A stretch of 64,000 bases of DNA from an uncultured Chloroflexia bacterium (GCA_963805305.1 CAWDTM010000008.1:50679-114678), one strand, 5' to 3'; positions 1 to 8,649 are shown, counted from the first letter of the stretch. The notes: a model not told the origin generated them from the sequence alone. Program-made: numbers and translations.

Positions 1-583
1 GAGGTGCGATCCGCGCGGCCGCGCGGATCACGTCCGCCCGTCGTCGCTCGATGCCGAAGGCGTGGAACGCGTACGAGGGCAGTCCGGCCAAGGTCGCCGG
101 CGTGGGTGCGAGCCAGAGGCCCGGTGGCCCCGGGGATCGTTCGCCGTGCGCGTGGATGAGCGCCCGGTAGGAACGGCGCGCCTCGACGCCGGTCACCTTC
201 TGCTCGCAGATCGCGGGGAGCAGCGCCTCGAAGAGACGGCGCGAACGCGGCAGGCGCAACCCCGGATGCCGGCGGACCGTGTCGCGGATCACCGGGTGCT
301 GCGGCACGAGCGCCGACGGGTCGTCGAGGGCACCGACCAGCTCGCCGGCCGCCGCGACCGCTTCCTCGGCGCCGGCGCCCCACGCGCGCACCACGATGCG
401 GTCGGGGCCGAGCTGGCGCAGCTGCCTGGTCGCCGGCCCGGACGCCATGCGGCTCGCCCGCCAGACGCCATCGGCTCCAAAACGGACGGTGGGATCTCCC
501 GTGCCATGCGCCAACGGCCAGAGCGTGGCCGCCAGCTCGACGGGGCCGGGGACGGTGATGATCTCCTCGACGTCGGGTGTCAT
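1..583 (-). CDS. DNA-3-methyladenine glycosylase 2 (AlkA/HhH-GPD) family protein, 3' end runs off the window
   Basis: Not in the ORF track (no stop in window). ATG at 583 overlaps the upstream stop (ATGA). Translation MTPDVEEIITVPGP...GLRLPRSRAVFEALLPAICEQKVTG...GIERRRADVI matches the FEAL..AI.EQ.V motif of the AlkA family. Confidence 0.8.
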   Translation of the reverse strand, partial: MTPDVEEIITVPGPVELAATLWPLAHGTGDPTVRFGADGVWRASRMASGPATRQLRQLGPDRIVVRAWGAGAEEAVAAAGELVGALDDPSALVPQHPVIRDTVRRHPGLRLPRSRRLFEALLPAICEQKVTGVEARRSYRALIHAHGERSPGPPGLWLAPTPATLAGLPSYAFHAFGIERRRADVIRAAARIAP

Positions 584-1590
584 CGGCGCATGGAGACGAT
601 CACCGGGCTCGAGCGCTGGACGCGCTCGAAGTCGGCGCGGCTGTGGATTCCCCGGTACCCCTCCCGCACCAGGACCTGGCCGCAGATCCCGCCCAGCGAG
701 TTGCCCGGTCCCGGGAGCACGAGGAGGTCCGGCGCCCATTCGCGGAGCGCGACCCGCATGCTCCCCGCGAAGTCGAACGGGGTGGTGACCTGCTCGTCAA
801 GGGTGTAGTCCCGCAGCGCCGCCGGGTCGGTGGACCAGGGGCTCCAGCGGGCGCCGCGGCCGTCGACCAGGGCCAGGCGCGGGACCTGCCAGTCCAGGCC
901 GCCCAGCCGTTGGCGGGCACGGTCCGCGACGTGGCGGACGAGCGGCGTGTGATACGGGCCGTGGAGCGCGAGCCGCAGCGGGTAGAGCCGTTCACCAACC
1001 CGGCGCGGTGGCAGGTGCTCCATGAGGTGGGCGACACCGGTCTCGGTCCCGGCGAGGACCGCGTACCCACCCAGGTCGATGCTGGGGTAGACCGTTGCGG
1101 CAGCGGCAGGCTCGCCGGTCATGGCGCTCACGACGGCGTCCTCCAGGGTCGGGTCCGGCCGCCAGTCCGTCCCGACCAACGGGTAGATGACCTGGCCTCC
1201 GGGTCCGTCGCTCGGCAGCGGCTCCTGCTGCAGGAGGCTCATCTCCTGCACGAGGCGCAGGCCGTCGTCGAAGGAGAGCGCTCCCGCGGCCGCCAGGGCG
1301 GTGTACCAGCCGAGCGAATTCCCGACCGCGACCACCGGCTCCGCATCGGGCGGCAGCGCGCCGCTGTCGATGAGGGAGATGAGGTAGATGAGCGGCGACG
1401 CGTTTGCGGGCGCGAGGTGGACCCGCGGATCAAAGCGCTCGGCCGCGTCGAGCTCCACGAGGGAGGGCAGGTCATACGTCGCGCGCACGGCTTCCGCGCG
1501 CTGTACGAGCGGGTGCGCCGGGTCCAGCGAGCCCAGGCTGGCCGACGTGTACGAGCCACCACCGGGCAGGACCAGGGCGGCGCGACTCAT
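580..1590 (-). CDS. FabD/ACP S-malonyltransferase-like acyltransferase (divergent)
   Basis: 336 aa. PGGGSY (FabD PGQGSQ), nucleophile GNSLG, HGPYHTP (FabD xAFHS). ATGA overlap with the upstream E1 gene. Confidence 0.8.
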   Translation of the reverse strand: MSRAALVLPGGGSYTSASLGSLDPAHPLVQRAEAVRATYDLPSLVELDAAERFDPRVHLAPANASPLIYLISLIDSGALPPDAEPVVAVGNSLGWYTALAAAGALSFDDGLRLVQEMSLLQQEPLPSDGPGGQVIYPLVGTDWRPDPTLEDAVVSAMTGEPAAAATVYPSIDLGGYAVLAGTETGVAHLMEHLPPRRVGERLYPLRLALHGPYHTPLVRHVADRARQRLGGLDWQVPRLALVDGRGARWSPWSTDPAALRDYTLDEQVTTPFDFAGSMRVALREWAPDLLVLPGPGNSLGGICGQVLVREGYRGIHSRADFERVQRSSPVIVSMRR

Positions 1591-3854
1591 GCCGGCGTCC
1601 GTCCCGAGGCGGCCGCCAGCGCAGCGGCCACGATCCCGTCGAGGCTCGCCAGCACCGTCATGCTCGCGGGTCCCAGTGGCACGAACGAGTCCACCGACCG
1701 GACCGATGCGAGGCGCCGGCCGACGGCATGCTCCGCGAGGTCGGCGATGATCGCGTCAGCGACGCCGCCGCCGGTGGCCCGGCATTCGTCCACCACGAGC
1801 ACCGAACCCACCCGCTCCGCTTCCTCGCGCAGGGCGGCGAACGGGAGCGGGTTCAGCCACCGCAGGTCGATGACGCGCGCGCGCACCCCATGGTCGACAG
1901 CGAGCCGGCGCTGGGCCTGGAGCGAGAGGCGCAGTCCATTCGCGTAGCTGACGAGCAGGAGGTCGGCGGGCTCATCCGGCGCGGCGCCATCGGTCTCGTA
2001 GCGACCCACCTCGCCCGGAAGGAGCACGGACGGCGGTGGCGGGTAGTTCGTCAGCCACGCGCCGTCGCCGGGCTCGTGGAGGTCCTTCTCGTGGTACAGC
2101 GCGATGGGCTCCAGGAAGGCCACGACGCGCCCGTCCTCGAGGCTCATGGCGACCGCCCCGCGCAGCATGCGTGCCGCATCGTCGCCGCGAGCCGGCACGG
2201 CAATCACCAGCCCGGGAATGTCGCGCAGGGCGCCGACGCTGTTGTCGTTGTGGAAGTGGCCGCCAAAGCCCTTCTGGTAGGCGAGCGATGCGATGCGCAC
2301 CACCATGGGGTTGCGGAATTGGCCGGCGCTGAAGAACTGCAGCGAGGCTGCCTCGCCGCGGATCTGGTCCAGCGCGTTGTGCACGTAGGCCAGGTACTGG
2401 ATCTCGGGAATCGGGAGCAGGCCGATGTGCGCGGCGCCCTGGGCGATCCCCAGGATCGATGTCTCGTCCAGCAGCGTGTCGAAGACGCGTCCCGGACCAA
2501 ATCTCCGCTGCAGCCCGTGGGTGACGTTGTACACACCCCCCTTGCGCGCAACATCCTCCCCGAAGGCGATCAGCTCCGGGCGGCGGGCCAGCTCATCGGT
2601 GAGGGCGGCGTTGATCTGGCCGGCAAGCGTCCGCGCGTTGGGGGCGGTGGCGTCCTCCGGAAGGCTGCCATCCCATGTCGCGCGCCGGGCGTCGTCGGGG
2701 AGCACCGGTGTCTCTGCCCGCGCCGCAACACGGTCGGGATGGTCGGGCGCCAGGGGTGCGACCACCTCCGCAGTGGTCATCAGCCGTGGGCGGCTCGCCG
2801 CCTCCTCGGCTGCAGCGGCCACCCGGTCGCGAAGGTCGCGCACGAGCGCGCGCAGTGCGTCCGGCGTCGCGGCTCCGGTCTCCACCAGGCGTCGGGCGTT
2901 GCGCAGGAGGGGATCGCGCGCCTCGGTCGCCTCGATCTCGTGCGTTCGGCGGTAGACGTGCTCCGCGTCGCTGCCGGCGTGGCCCCACAGCCGGACCGTC
3001 TCCAGGTGGAGGAAGGCGGGTCGCCGTGCGCTGCGCACGAACTCGATCGCCTCGGTGGCCACCTCCCACACCTCGTCGAGCTCGCCGTCTGCGTGCCAGT
3101 AGCGCAGGTGGGGCTGGTTCGAGAACGTCTCACCGATCCAGTCGGGCGGGGTCGGAACGCTGATGCCGGTTCCGTTGTCCTCGCAGATGAACAGGATGGG
3201 CATGGGGAGCCCGGTCCGGGATGCGTAGCGCGCCGTGCTGAACGCCGAGAGCGCCGTTGCGTGGTTCGCGGAGGCGTCGCCGAACGAGCAGGCGACGATG
3301 GCATCGGCGGGCAGGTCGTTCGCCACCCCCAGCCGGCGAGCCCGGGCCAGGGACAACGCGAGGCCCATGGCTTTCGGCAGGTGGCTGGCAATGGTCGAGG
3401 TCTGAGGTGGGACCCACAGCGCGCGGCTTCCCCAGACCTTGTGGCGTCCCTGGGCAATGGGGTCCTCGGCGGACGCCACCATCCCGAGCAGCGTGTCAAA
3501 GAGGGGCGTCGACCCGGGCAGCTGTCGCGCGCGGGCCATCATGAAGGCACCGGAACGGTAGTGGAGGAACGCCGGGTCCGTGATGCGCAGCCGCGCACCA
3601 AGCACCACGTTGTTCTCGTGTCCCGCCGAACCAATCGTGTAGTAGCTGCGCTCCGTCTTCTTCAGCTCGCGCGCCGCGACGTCCAGCACCCGGCTGGCGA
3701 CCTGGTCCTCGAACAGCTCGATGGCCCGCCTCACCGTGAGCGAGCCACCGGGGTGGACCGCCGTGGCCGCAGGAACCGCCGTGTCGGCAGGCGGAACTTC
3801 GGCGAGGTAGGAGTCGAGCGCTCCAGAGACGATGGCGACGCGGTCGAAGGTCAT
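1587..3854 (-). CDS. Thiamine diphosphate-dependent 2-oxoacid (2-oxoisovalerate-type) dehydrogenase E1, fused alpha+beta subunits
   Basis: 755 aa. YYTIGSAGHE, ThDP motif GDASAN...EDNG, GHAGSD, then beta-type GEDVA..GGVY, DTLLDE, EIQY, GGHFHN and a C-terminal transketolase domain. Confidence 0.88.
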   Translation of the reverse strand: MTFDRVAIVSGALDSYLAEVPPADTAVPAATAVHPGGSLTVRRAIELFEDQVASRVLDVAARELKKTERSYYTIGSAGHENNVVLGARLRITDPAFLHYRSGAFMMARARQLPGSTPLFDTLLGMVASAEDPIAQGRHKVWGSRALWVPPQTSTIASHLPKAMGLALSLARARRLGVANDLPADAIVACSFGDASANHATALSAFSTARYASRTGLPMPILFICEDNGTGISVPTPPDWIGETFSNQPHLRYWHADGELDEVWEVATEAIEFVRSARRPAFLHLETVRLWGHAGSDAEHVYRRTHEIEATEARDPLLRNARRLVETGAATPDALRALVRDLRDRVAAAAEEAASRPRLMTTAEVVAPLAPDHPDRVAARAETPVLPDDARRATWDGSLPEDATAPNARTLAGQINAALTDELARRPELIAFGEDVARKGGVYNVTHGLQRRFGPGRVFDTLLDETSILGIAQGAAHIGLLPIPEIQYLAYVHNALDQIRGEAASLQFFSAGQFRNPMVVRIASLAYQKGFGGHFHNDNSVGALRDIPGLVIAVPARGDDAARMLRGAVAMSLEDGRVVAFLEPIALYHEKDLHEPGDGAWLTNYPPPPSVLLPGEVGRYETDGAAPDEPADLLLVSYANGLRLSLQAQRRLAVDHGVRARVIDLRWLNPLPFAALREEAERVGSVLVVDECRATGGGVADAIIADLAEHAVGRRLASVRSVDSFVPLGPASMTVLASLDGIVAAALAAASGRTPA

Positions 3855-3894
3855 GGGGCGATTCGCATCATAGCCGTCATCGGGTCGCTATCGA

Positions 3895-3921
3895 GTAAGC
3901 GTGCCGTAAGGAGCCGATAAG
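3895..3921. promoter_or_regulatory. Three (G/A)TAAG direct repeats at 11-bp periodicity; candidate OmpR/PhoB-type binding site
   Basis: TAAG at 3896, 3907 and 3918, upstream of a minus-strand TATGAT -10 (3872-3867) for the E1 gene. Confidence 0.4.
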
Positions 3922-3996
3922 GGCTCCCGCGGTCTCCTGCTCGCGTGCGCGGTCATCCGGCAACCGATGTCGGGCCGCCACGTGGAGGAGGTCCTC

Positions 3997-4104
3997 ATGC
4001 CGCGCCCAGGCACCATCGCACCGGTTGGAACCGGCACCCCCGTGGCTCCTCGCCCGGTCACCAACGGGAGCGGCTTTCCCGGATGGTCGCCGCCCCGCCC
4101 CTGA
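3997..4104 (+). CDS. Putative small Pro-rich protein (35 aa)
   Basis: GGAGGAGGT Shine-Dalgarno just upstream of ATG 3997. Translation MPRPGTIAPVGTGTPVAPRPVTNGSGFPGWSPPRP*. Lies in an intergenic gap. Confidence 0.3.
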   Translation: MPRPGTIAPVGTGTPVAPRPVTNGSGFPGWSPPRP

Positions 4105-4127
4105 CCGACCGGCGCTGGCCGTTCGCG

Positions 4128-4967
4128 TCATCCGATCGAGATCAGGACGATCCCGGCCACCGCCAGGGTCACCCCGGCCAGTCCCAGGCGTGGGAGACGC
4201 TCGCGGAGGAACCCGCGGGCGAGGATCATGGTGACCAGGGGGTAGATGCCGGACAGGGCGGCCGCGAGGCCAACGGTCAGACCGCTGCGGGCGATAACGA
4301 AGAGCGCGTTGCCCGTCACGTCGAGCACGCCGCTGGCGGCCACGAGCGGCACGGCCCCGCGGACGGAGCGCAGGCTGCCCCGCGAGGCGGCCAGCAGCAC
4401 GGTGAAGAACGTCCCGGAGATCCGGCTGGTGGTCAGTGCCCACAGGCCCTCGGCCGACGCCGCCCGGTCCAGGAGCACGTACCACGTGCCGAAGGCCAGG
4501 GCCGCGAGCAGCGCCAGGCCCAGAGCGGTGCGCGAGGCGTGCGACGTGGCGGCACCACTCGCCGCGAGCACGGCTCCGATGACGCAGCCGACCCCGACGA
4601 GCTGGAGGGGATGAATCTCGCCGCCGAGCACGAAGAGGCTGGCGAGGAGGGGGACCACGACGGTCCCGGCGCCCGAAACGGCGGCCACCAGGCCCATGGC
4701 GCCGGTGGCGAGCGCCCGATAGAGGGATGCCATGCCGATGGCGCCGGCAATTCCGGCCGTCATGCCGATGCCCAACGATGCGACGGACGGCATGGGCGGC
4801 CGGACCGCGGCCAGCAGGCAGAGGAGGAGCACGCATCCGACCAGCTGGGCGACGGCGGCCACGGCAATCCCGCTCGCCCGCCTGGCGGCCATCCCGCCCG
4901 AGAAGTCGCCACCGCCGAACGCCGCGGCGGACGCGAGCCCGGCCAGCACGTATGGGGCGGTCGGCAC
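4128..4967 (-). CDS. DMT/EamA family transporter
   Basis: About 10 hydrophobic segments with GLASAAAFGGGDF and LSGIYPLVT..LA..FLRERL motifs. GTG start at 4967 with GAGGT SD; the ORF track uses ATG 4982. Confidence 0.88.
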   Translation of the reverse strand: MPTAPYVLAGLASAAAFGGGDFSGGMAARRASGIAVAAVAQLVGCVLLLCLLAAVRPPMPSVASLGIGMTAGIAGAIGMASLYRALATGAMGLVAAVSGAGTVVVPLLASLFVLGGEIHPLQLVGVGCVIGAVLAASGAATSHASRTALGLALLAALAFGTWYVLLDRAASAEGLWALTTSRISGTFFTVLLAASRGSLRSVRGAVPLVAASGVLDVTGNALFVIARSGLTVGLAAALSGIYPLVTMILARGFLRERLPRLGLAGVTLAVAGIVLISIG

Positions 4968-5242
4968 GAGATGGCACCTCATGGAGCGGGTGGGGCCGGA
5001 GGCGGCGGAGGGTGGACTCTAGCAGGAGGTCAACGTCGTGGCCCTGGTGGCGATCGTGGTCTCCGGGGTGCCGGTCCACCGGGCGTCCTGCCTCAACGCC
5101 GACGCGACCGGGGTTCTGCGCTGCGGTCCGGCACCGACCCGGAGTTCGTGACCTTTGGGGGATGCGCGCGTTCCGCGGCTCAGGCCTATCCTGTCCGCTG
5201 CGGCGCTTCATGCCGCATGGCATGCCCGGGAGGGGAATCAGC

Positions 5243-7003
5243 GTGATCACGGAGTCGGTACCACCGCAGACGCCACAGCCGGAGTCGATGGCTGCAGGTA
5301 CGCCACCCGCACGCGCGGCGCGACCGCGCTGGCTGATCGCCGCGGTCGTCGCGGTCGTCGCGCTGGCCGCCCTCATCGGCGTCATCGCCGGAACCACCCT
5401 GAACGCGAAGCGGACTGGCGGCGCCGCCAGCGCAGCTGCCGGATACGTCCCCGCGGACGCCTCGATGTACTACGAGCTGCGCGCGGACCTGCCCGGCGAC
5501 CAGCGCGCGAACTTCGAGACGCTCCTGGGGCACTTCCCCGACGCCGCAGCGACCACGCTCTTCGGTGGCCAGCTCGACACGCTGCTCGACGGCCCCTCCC
5601 CGGATCCGAGCGGAATCCGATACAGCACGGACGTGGCACCCTGGTTCGACGGCAGCCTGGCGGCCGCCATGGTCGGCTACCCGTCCTTCACCGGCACGGC
5701 GAGCATGACCGCCATGCCGGACATGCTCGCCTTCGCCGGCGTCAAGGATGCAGCGGCGGCCCGCGCGGCCATCGATCGGCTCCAGACCCAGGGCGGTGTC
5801 TCCGGAATCACCAGCACGACCCATAACGGTGCGACCATCTGGTCACTGCCCGCCGCAGGGTCTGGCGGCATGAGCCTCTCGGTTGCCTGGACCGTGACGG
5901 ACGACGAGCTCGTGATCGGGACGAGCGGCGACCTCGTGGCCGCCGCGCTCGACGTCCACGCCGGGAGCAAGCCCGCGCTCGGCAATCGACAGGAGTTCCG
6001 TGACGGGCTCGCTCGCCTGCCCGCCGACCGGGTGGCGACCGTCAGCATCGATACGGCTCCCATCCTCGCGAGCCTGCGATCGGCGATTGCCTCTGCCGCC
6101 CCGTCAGCCGCTTACCTGTTCGGCACGCTGGACACCGCCGCGCCGCAGTTCATGGTTGCCAGCGCGCGGTTCGAGGGTGATCGCCTGGTCATGGACGAGA
6201 CGACGACGCTGCCCAATGGATCCACCACGGCGAACCACGACACCGGGCTGGCGGCCGCCGCCCCCGCAGACGCTTTCTTCTTCGCCGATGCCAGCGACAT
6301 CGGAACCGGCCTCTCCGCCGCGCTCGATGGCCTCACCCAGACCCTTGGCACGAACCTGGGCGCGGACCAGCTCGGGCAGCTCAAGGCCGTGCTCGGTGGC
6401 GACCTCTCCTCGTTCGTGTCGTGGATTGGCGACGCGGCCGTCGTCGCGGGCATGGACGGGAGCGCGCCCTACGCCGGACTGATCATCACCACCACCGACG
6501 CGCACGAGGCCAGCCTCCGTCTCCTCCAGCTGCAGGGCCTCCTCCAGCTGAGCGCCTCCGGTGGCGGCCCGAAGGTCACCGTGTCCGATCAGGATCACGG
6601 CGGCACCCGGATCACCACGCTGACGTTCGATGTACCGCCCACCCTCGCGCAGGTCCCGGACGCCGTGGCGTGGGCCACGACGCTCCAGTACGCGGTGACC
6701 GACGCCCGGGTCGTGATCGGCACGGGGACCTCGTTCGTGGGCCGCGTCCTGGATATGACCACGGCGGACTCACTGGCCGCCCAGTCACGCTTCAAGGCGG
6801 CGGTCGACGCCGTCGGCGGTGCGTCGAACACCGGAATGGTCTGGCTCGACCTGGCCGCCATCCGCACGGCGGTCGACGGCGCCCTGGGCAATCAGATGCC
6901 GGCCGAGATCGGGCCCTGGGCCGCGCCGTTCGACTACCTGGCCAGCGCCGGGAAGGTCGACTCCGGGCGGCTGGAGGGCCATGCCGTCCTCGTCGTGAAG
7001 TGA
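5243..7003 (+). CDS. DUF3352 domain-containing membrane-anchored protein
   Basis: GTG 5243 after GGAGGGG SD. N-terminal TM helix, YVPADA, DVAPWFDG, and a duplicated half-structure typical of DUF3352. Confidence 0.7.
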   Translation: MITESVPPQTPQPESMAAGTPPARAARPRWLIAAVVAVVALAALIGVIAGTTLNAKRTGGAASAAAGYVPADASMYYELRADLPGDQRANFETLLGHFPDAAATTLFGGQLDTLLDGPSPDPSGIRYSTDVAPWFDGSLAAAMVGYPSFTGTASMTAMPDMLAFAGVKDAAAARAAIDRLQTQGGVSGITSTTHNGATIWSLPAAGSGGMSLSVAWTVTDDELVIGTSGDLVAAALDVHAGSKPALGNRQEFRDGLARLPADRVATVSIDTAPILASLRSAIASAAPSAAYLFGTLDTAAPQFMVASARFEGDRLVMDETTTLPNGSTTANHDTGLAAAAPADAFFFADASDIGTGLSAALDGLTQTLGTNLGADQLGQLKAVLGGDLSSFVSWIGDAAVVAGMDGSAPYAGLIITTTDAHEASLRLLQLQGLLQLSASGGGPKVTVSDQDHGGTRITTLTFDVPPTLAQVPDAVAWATTLQYAVTDARVVIGTGTSFVGRVLDMTTADSLAAQSRFKAAVDAVGGASNTGMVWLDLAAIRTAVDGALGNQMPAEIGPWAAPFDYLASAGKVDSGRLEGHAVLVVK

Positions 7004-7332
7004 GGGCTGCGGAACACGAGGCCGGGCCGGCGCCTGAGCCACTGCGCCTCCCCGCCGGCGAGTCCCCCGGCCGGGAGGCGGTCGCCCGCTTCCTGCGCGC
7101 CCGGGGCGTGGAGCCCTATGCCTGGTCGAACGGTCCGGGAGACCGGTACGCCCCCCATGAGCATGGATACGAGAAGCTGCTGATGTGCGCCGCGGGCTCC
7201 ATCACCTTCGAGCTCGACGGCGGCGCCGCGATCCAGCTGGGACCCGGCGAGGGCTTCAGCCTGCCGGAGGGAACGCGGCATGCAGCGGTCGTTGGGTCGA
7301 GCGGGTGCACCTGCCTGGAGGGGCACCGCTAG
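7000..7332 (+). CDS. Cupin domain-containing protein
   Basis: GTGA overlap with the upstream stop. Cupin motifs WSNGPGDRYAPHEHGYEK..GSITF and LGPGE...PEGTRH. Confidence 0.85.
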   Translation: MRAAEHEAGPAPEPLRLPAGESPGREAVARFLRARGVEPYAWSNGPGDRYAPHEHGYEKLLMCAAGSITFELDGGAAIQLGPGEGFSLPEGTRHAAVVGSSGCTCLEGHR

Positions 7333-7676
7333 GCGGCCGGATCGGTCTCCGCGCCGGCGCCTGCAGACGGCCCGCGCGCCGCCGTCGCGGCCGTGCGCGC
7401 GGCGACCTCGAAGGCATTGCCCCGGTACCACCCCCCTCCGGACCGCCACGAGCGGAAGGAGGCGCGCAGGTAGCGCGCCGCGAACGGCGGGCCGTATCGG
7501 TTCCATTGCCGCACATGCTCCAGCTCGTGGGCGAGCTCGTCGGGCGCGAGCGGGCGCCAGGTGAAGACGTGTCGGCCAAGGGTGATCGCAAGCCAGTCGG
7601 GCAGGAGGAGGCGTGCGCCGATCCCGCGCAGCGCGGGATGCACGTGGAGCCGATGGTCCGGAGCTTCGGTCCCCAC
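7329..7676 (-). CDS. DUF4157-like (eCIS core/zincin) HExxH protein
   Basis: 115 aa. AITLGRHVF, LAHELEHVRQW, YRGNAFEVAA. Confidence 0.75.
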   Translation of the reverse strand: MGTEAPDHRLHVHPALRGIGARLLLPDWLAITLGRHVFTWRPLAPDELAHELEHVRQWNRYGPPFAARYLRASFRSWRSGGGWYRGNAFEVAARTAATAARGPSAGAGAETDPAA

Positions 7677-7680
7677 CCGC

Positions 7681-8649
7681 TCAGTCGTGCTGACGCCGAT
7701 GCGATGGTGGCCACGGGCCGGGCGCCAGGAGCAGGTCCGGACGGTTGCCCCAGCGCTTCAGGAATCGGTAGAAGTTTCGTCGGCTGAGCCGGTCGCGCTC
7801 CGCGTCCGGCAGGGACGCGTACCCACGGTGCTCGTGCCGCTCGAGCGCCAGCGCAGCGGTTCGCATGGCGCGCCAGCCCGCGGCGCGCGCCGCGAACGAG
7901 AAGTCCAGGTCCGCATTTCGGTAGAAGCGGAACCGTTGGTCGAAGAGCCCCACGTCGCGGAGAACCTCGCGGCGGACCGCAAGGCAGTAGCCCTCGACGG
8001 CATCCACCTCGCCGGGAGGGGCCTCGCTGAACTGGCGCAGGTCGGCGGACCGCACGCCATACCCACCGGCGATCCCCACCTGCGGGCGCTCGAGAATGGC
8101 GACCAGCGGACCCACGAAGTCGCCGACCGGCTCCAGGCAGGTGTCGATCAGGATCGTGACCTTCCCCCGGCTGCGCCGCAGGCCCAGGTTCACCGCGTCG
8201 GCCCATCCGAGCCGTTCGCTCGTCCGCAGGACGACGGGTTCCCCCGGCAGCACGACCGCGGCCAGCAGCGGGTCGAGGTCGTACGAGGGTGCGTTGGCCA
8301 CCACCACCAGCTCCCACCGGTCGCGCGGTGGGTGGGCGGCCAGTCCGGCAACGAAGCGGGCGAGGTCGGCCGGGTGCTCGTCGGCCACGACGACCAGCGT
8401 CGCCGTCATGGTGGCCGGCTCGTCGAGGAGGCTGGCAAGGTCGTCGGCCCGCGCGTAGCCGACCCTGTCGGGAGTCGCGGCGGCCAGGGCGGGGCGCAGT
8501 GTCGTTCCCGTTGGGCCGTCGGCCACGTCCCAGCCCAGGGCGCGAAGCTGATCGCGGAGGATATCGGCCCGTGCGAAGTCGCCGGACGACCGCGCCGTAG
8601 CGCGCTCCTCGACCAGTCGTGCCGCTTCTTCGGGGATGGCGTCGCTCAC
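7681..8649 (-). CDS. Glycosyltransferase family 2 protein with N-terminal CysS C-terminal (anticodon-binding-like) domain
   Basis: GTG 8649 (GTGA overlap). The N-terminal ERATARSSGDFARADILRDQLRALGWDVADGPTGTT matches the CysRS C-terminus. GT-A motifs follow: ELVVVAN, LGWADAVNLG, GYCLAVRREVL.DVGLFDQRF. Confidence 0.8.
   Translation of the reverse strand: MSDAIPEEAARLVEERATARSSGDFARADILRDQLRALGWDVADGPTGTTLRPALAAATPDRVGYARADDLASLLDEPATMTATLVVVADEHPADLARFVAGLAAHPPRDRWELVVVANAPSYDLDPLLAAVVLPGEPVVLRTSERLGWADAVNLGLRRSRGKVTILIDTCLEPVGDFVGPLVAILERPQVGIAGGYGVRSADLRQFSEAPPGEVDAVEGYCLAVRREVLRDVGLFDQRFRFYRNADLDFSFAARAAGWRAMRTAALALERHEHRGYASLPDAERDRLSRRNFYRFLKRWGNRPDLLLAPGPWPPSHRRQHD

Noticed and set aside
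1404-3920. Long alternative-frame ORFs (e.g. 1404-3920 +, 30875-33703 +, 34583-38005 -, 39126-42008 -, 53903-56440 - beyond the GNAT part)
   Set aside because: They are antisense or shifted shadows of well-supported genes, with Arg/Gly/Pro/Ala-rich composition and no motifs, as expected at this GC content.
3877-4131. Minus-strand ORF tail starting at an ATGA overlap after EamA (MTRTASAGRSG...)
   Set aside because: Low-complexity translation, and it runs over the putative E1 promoter and repeats; nothing else supports it.
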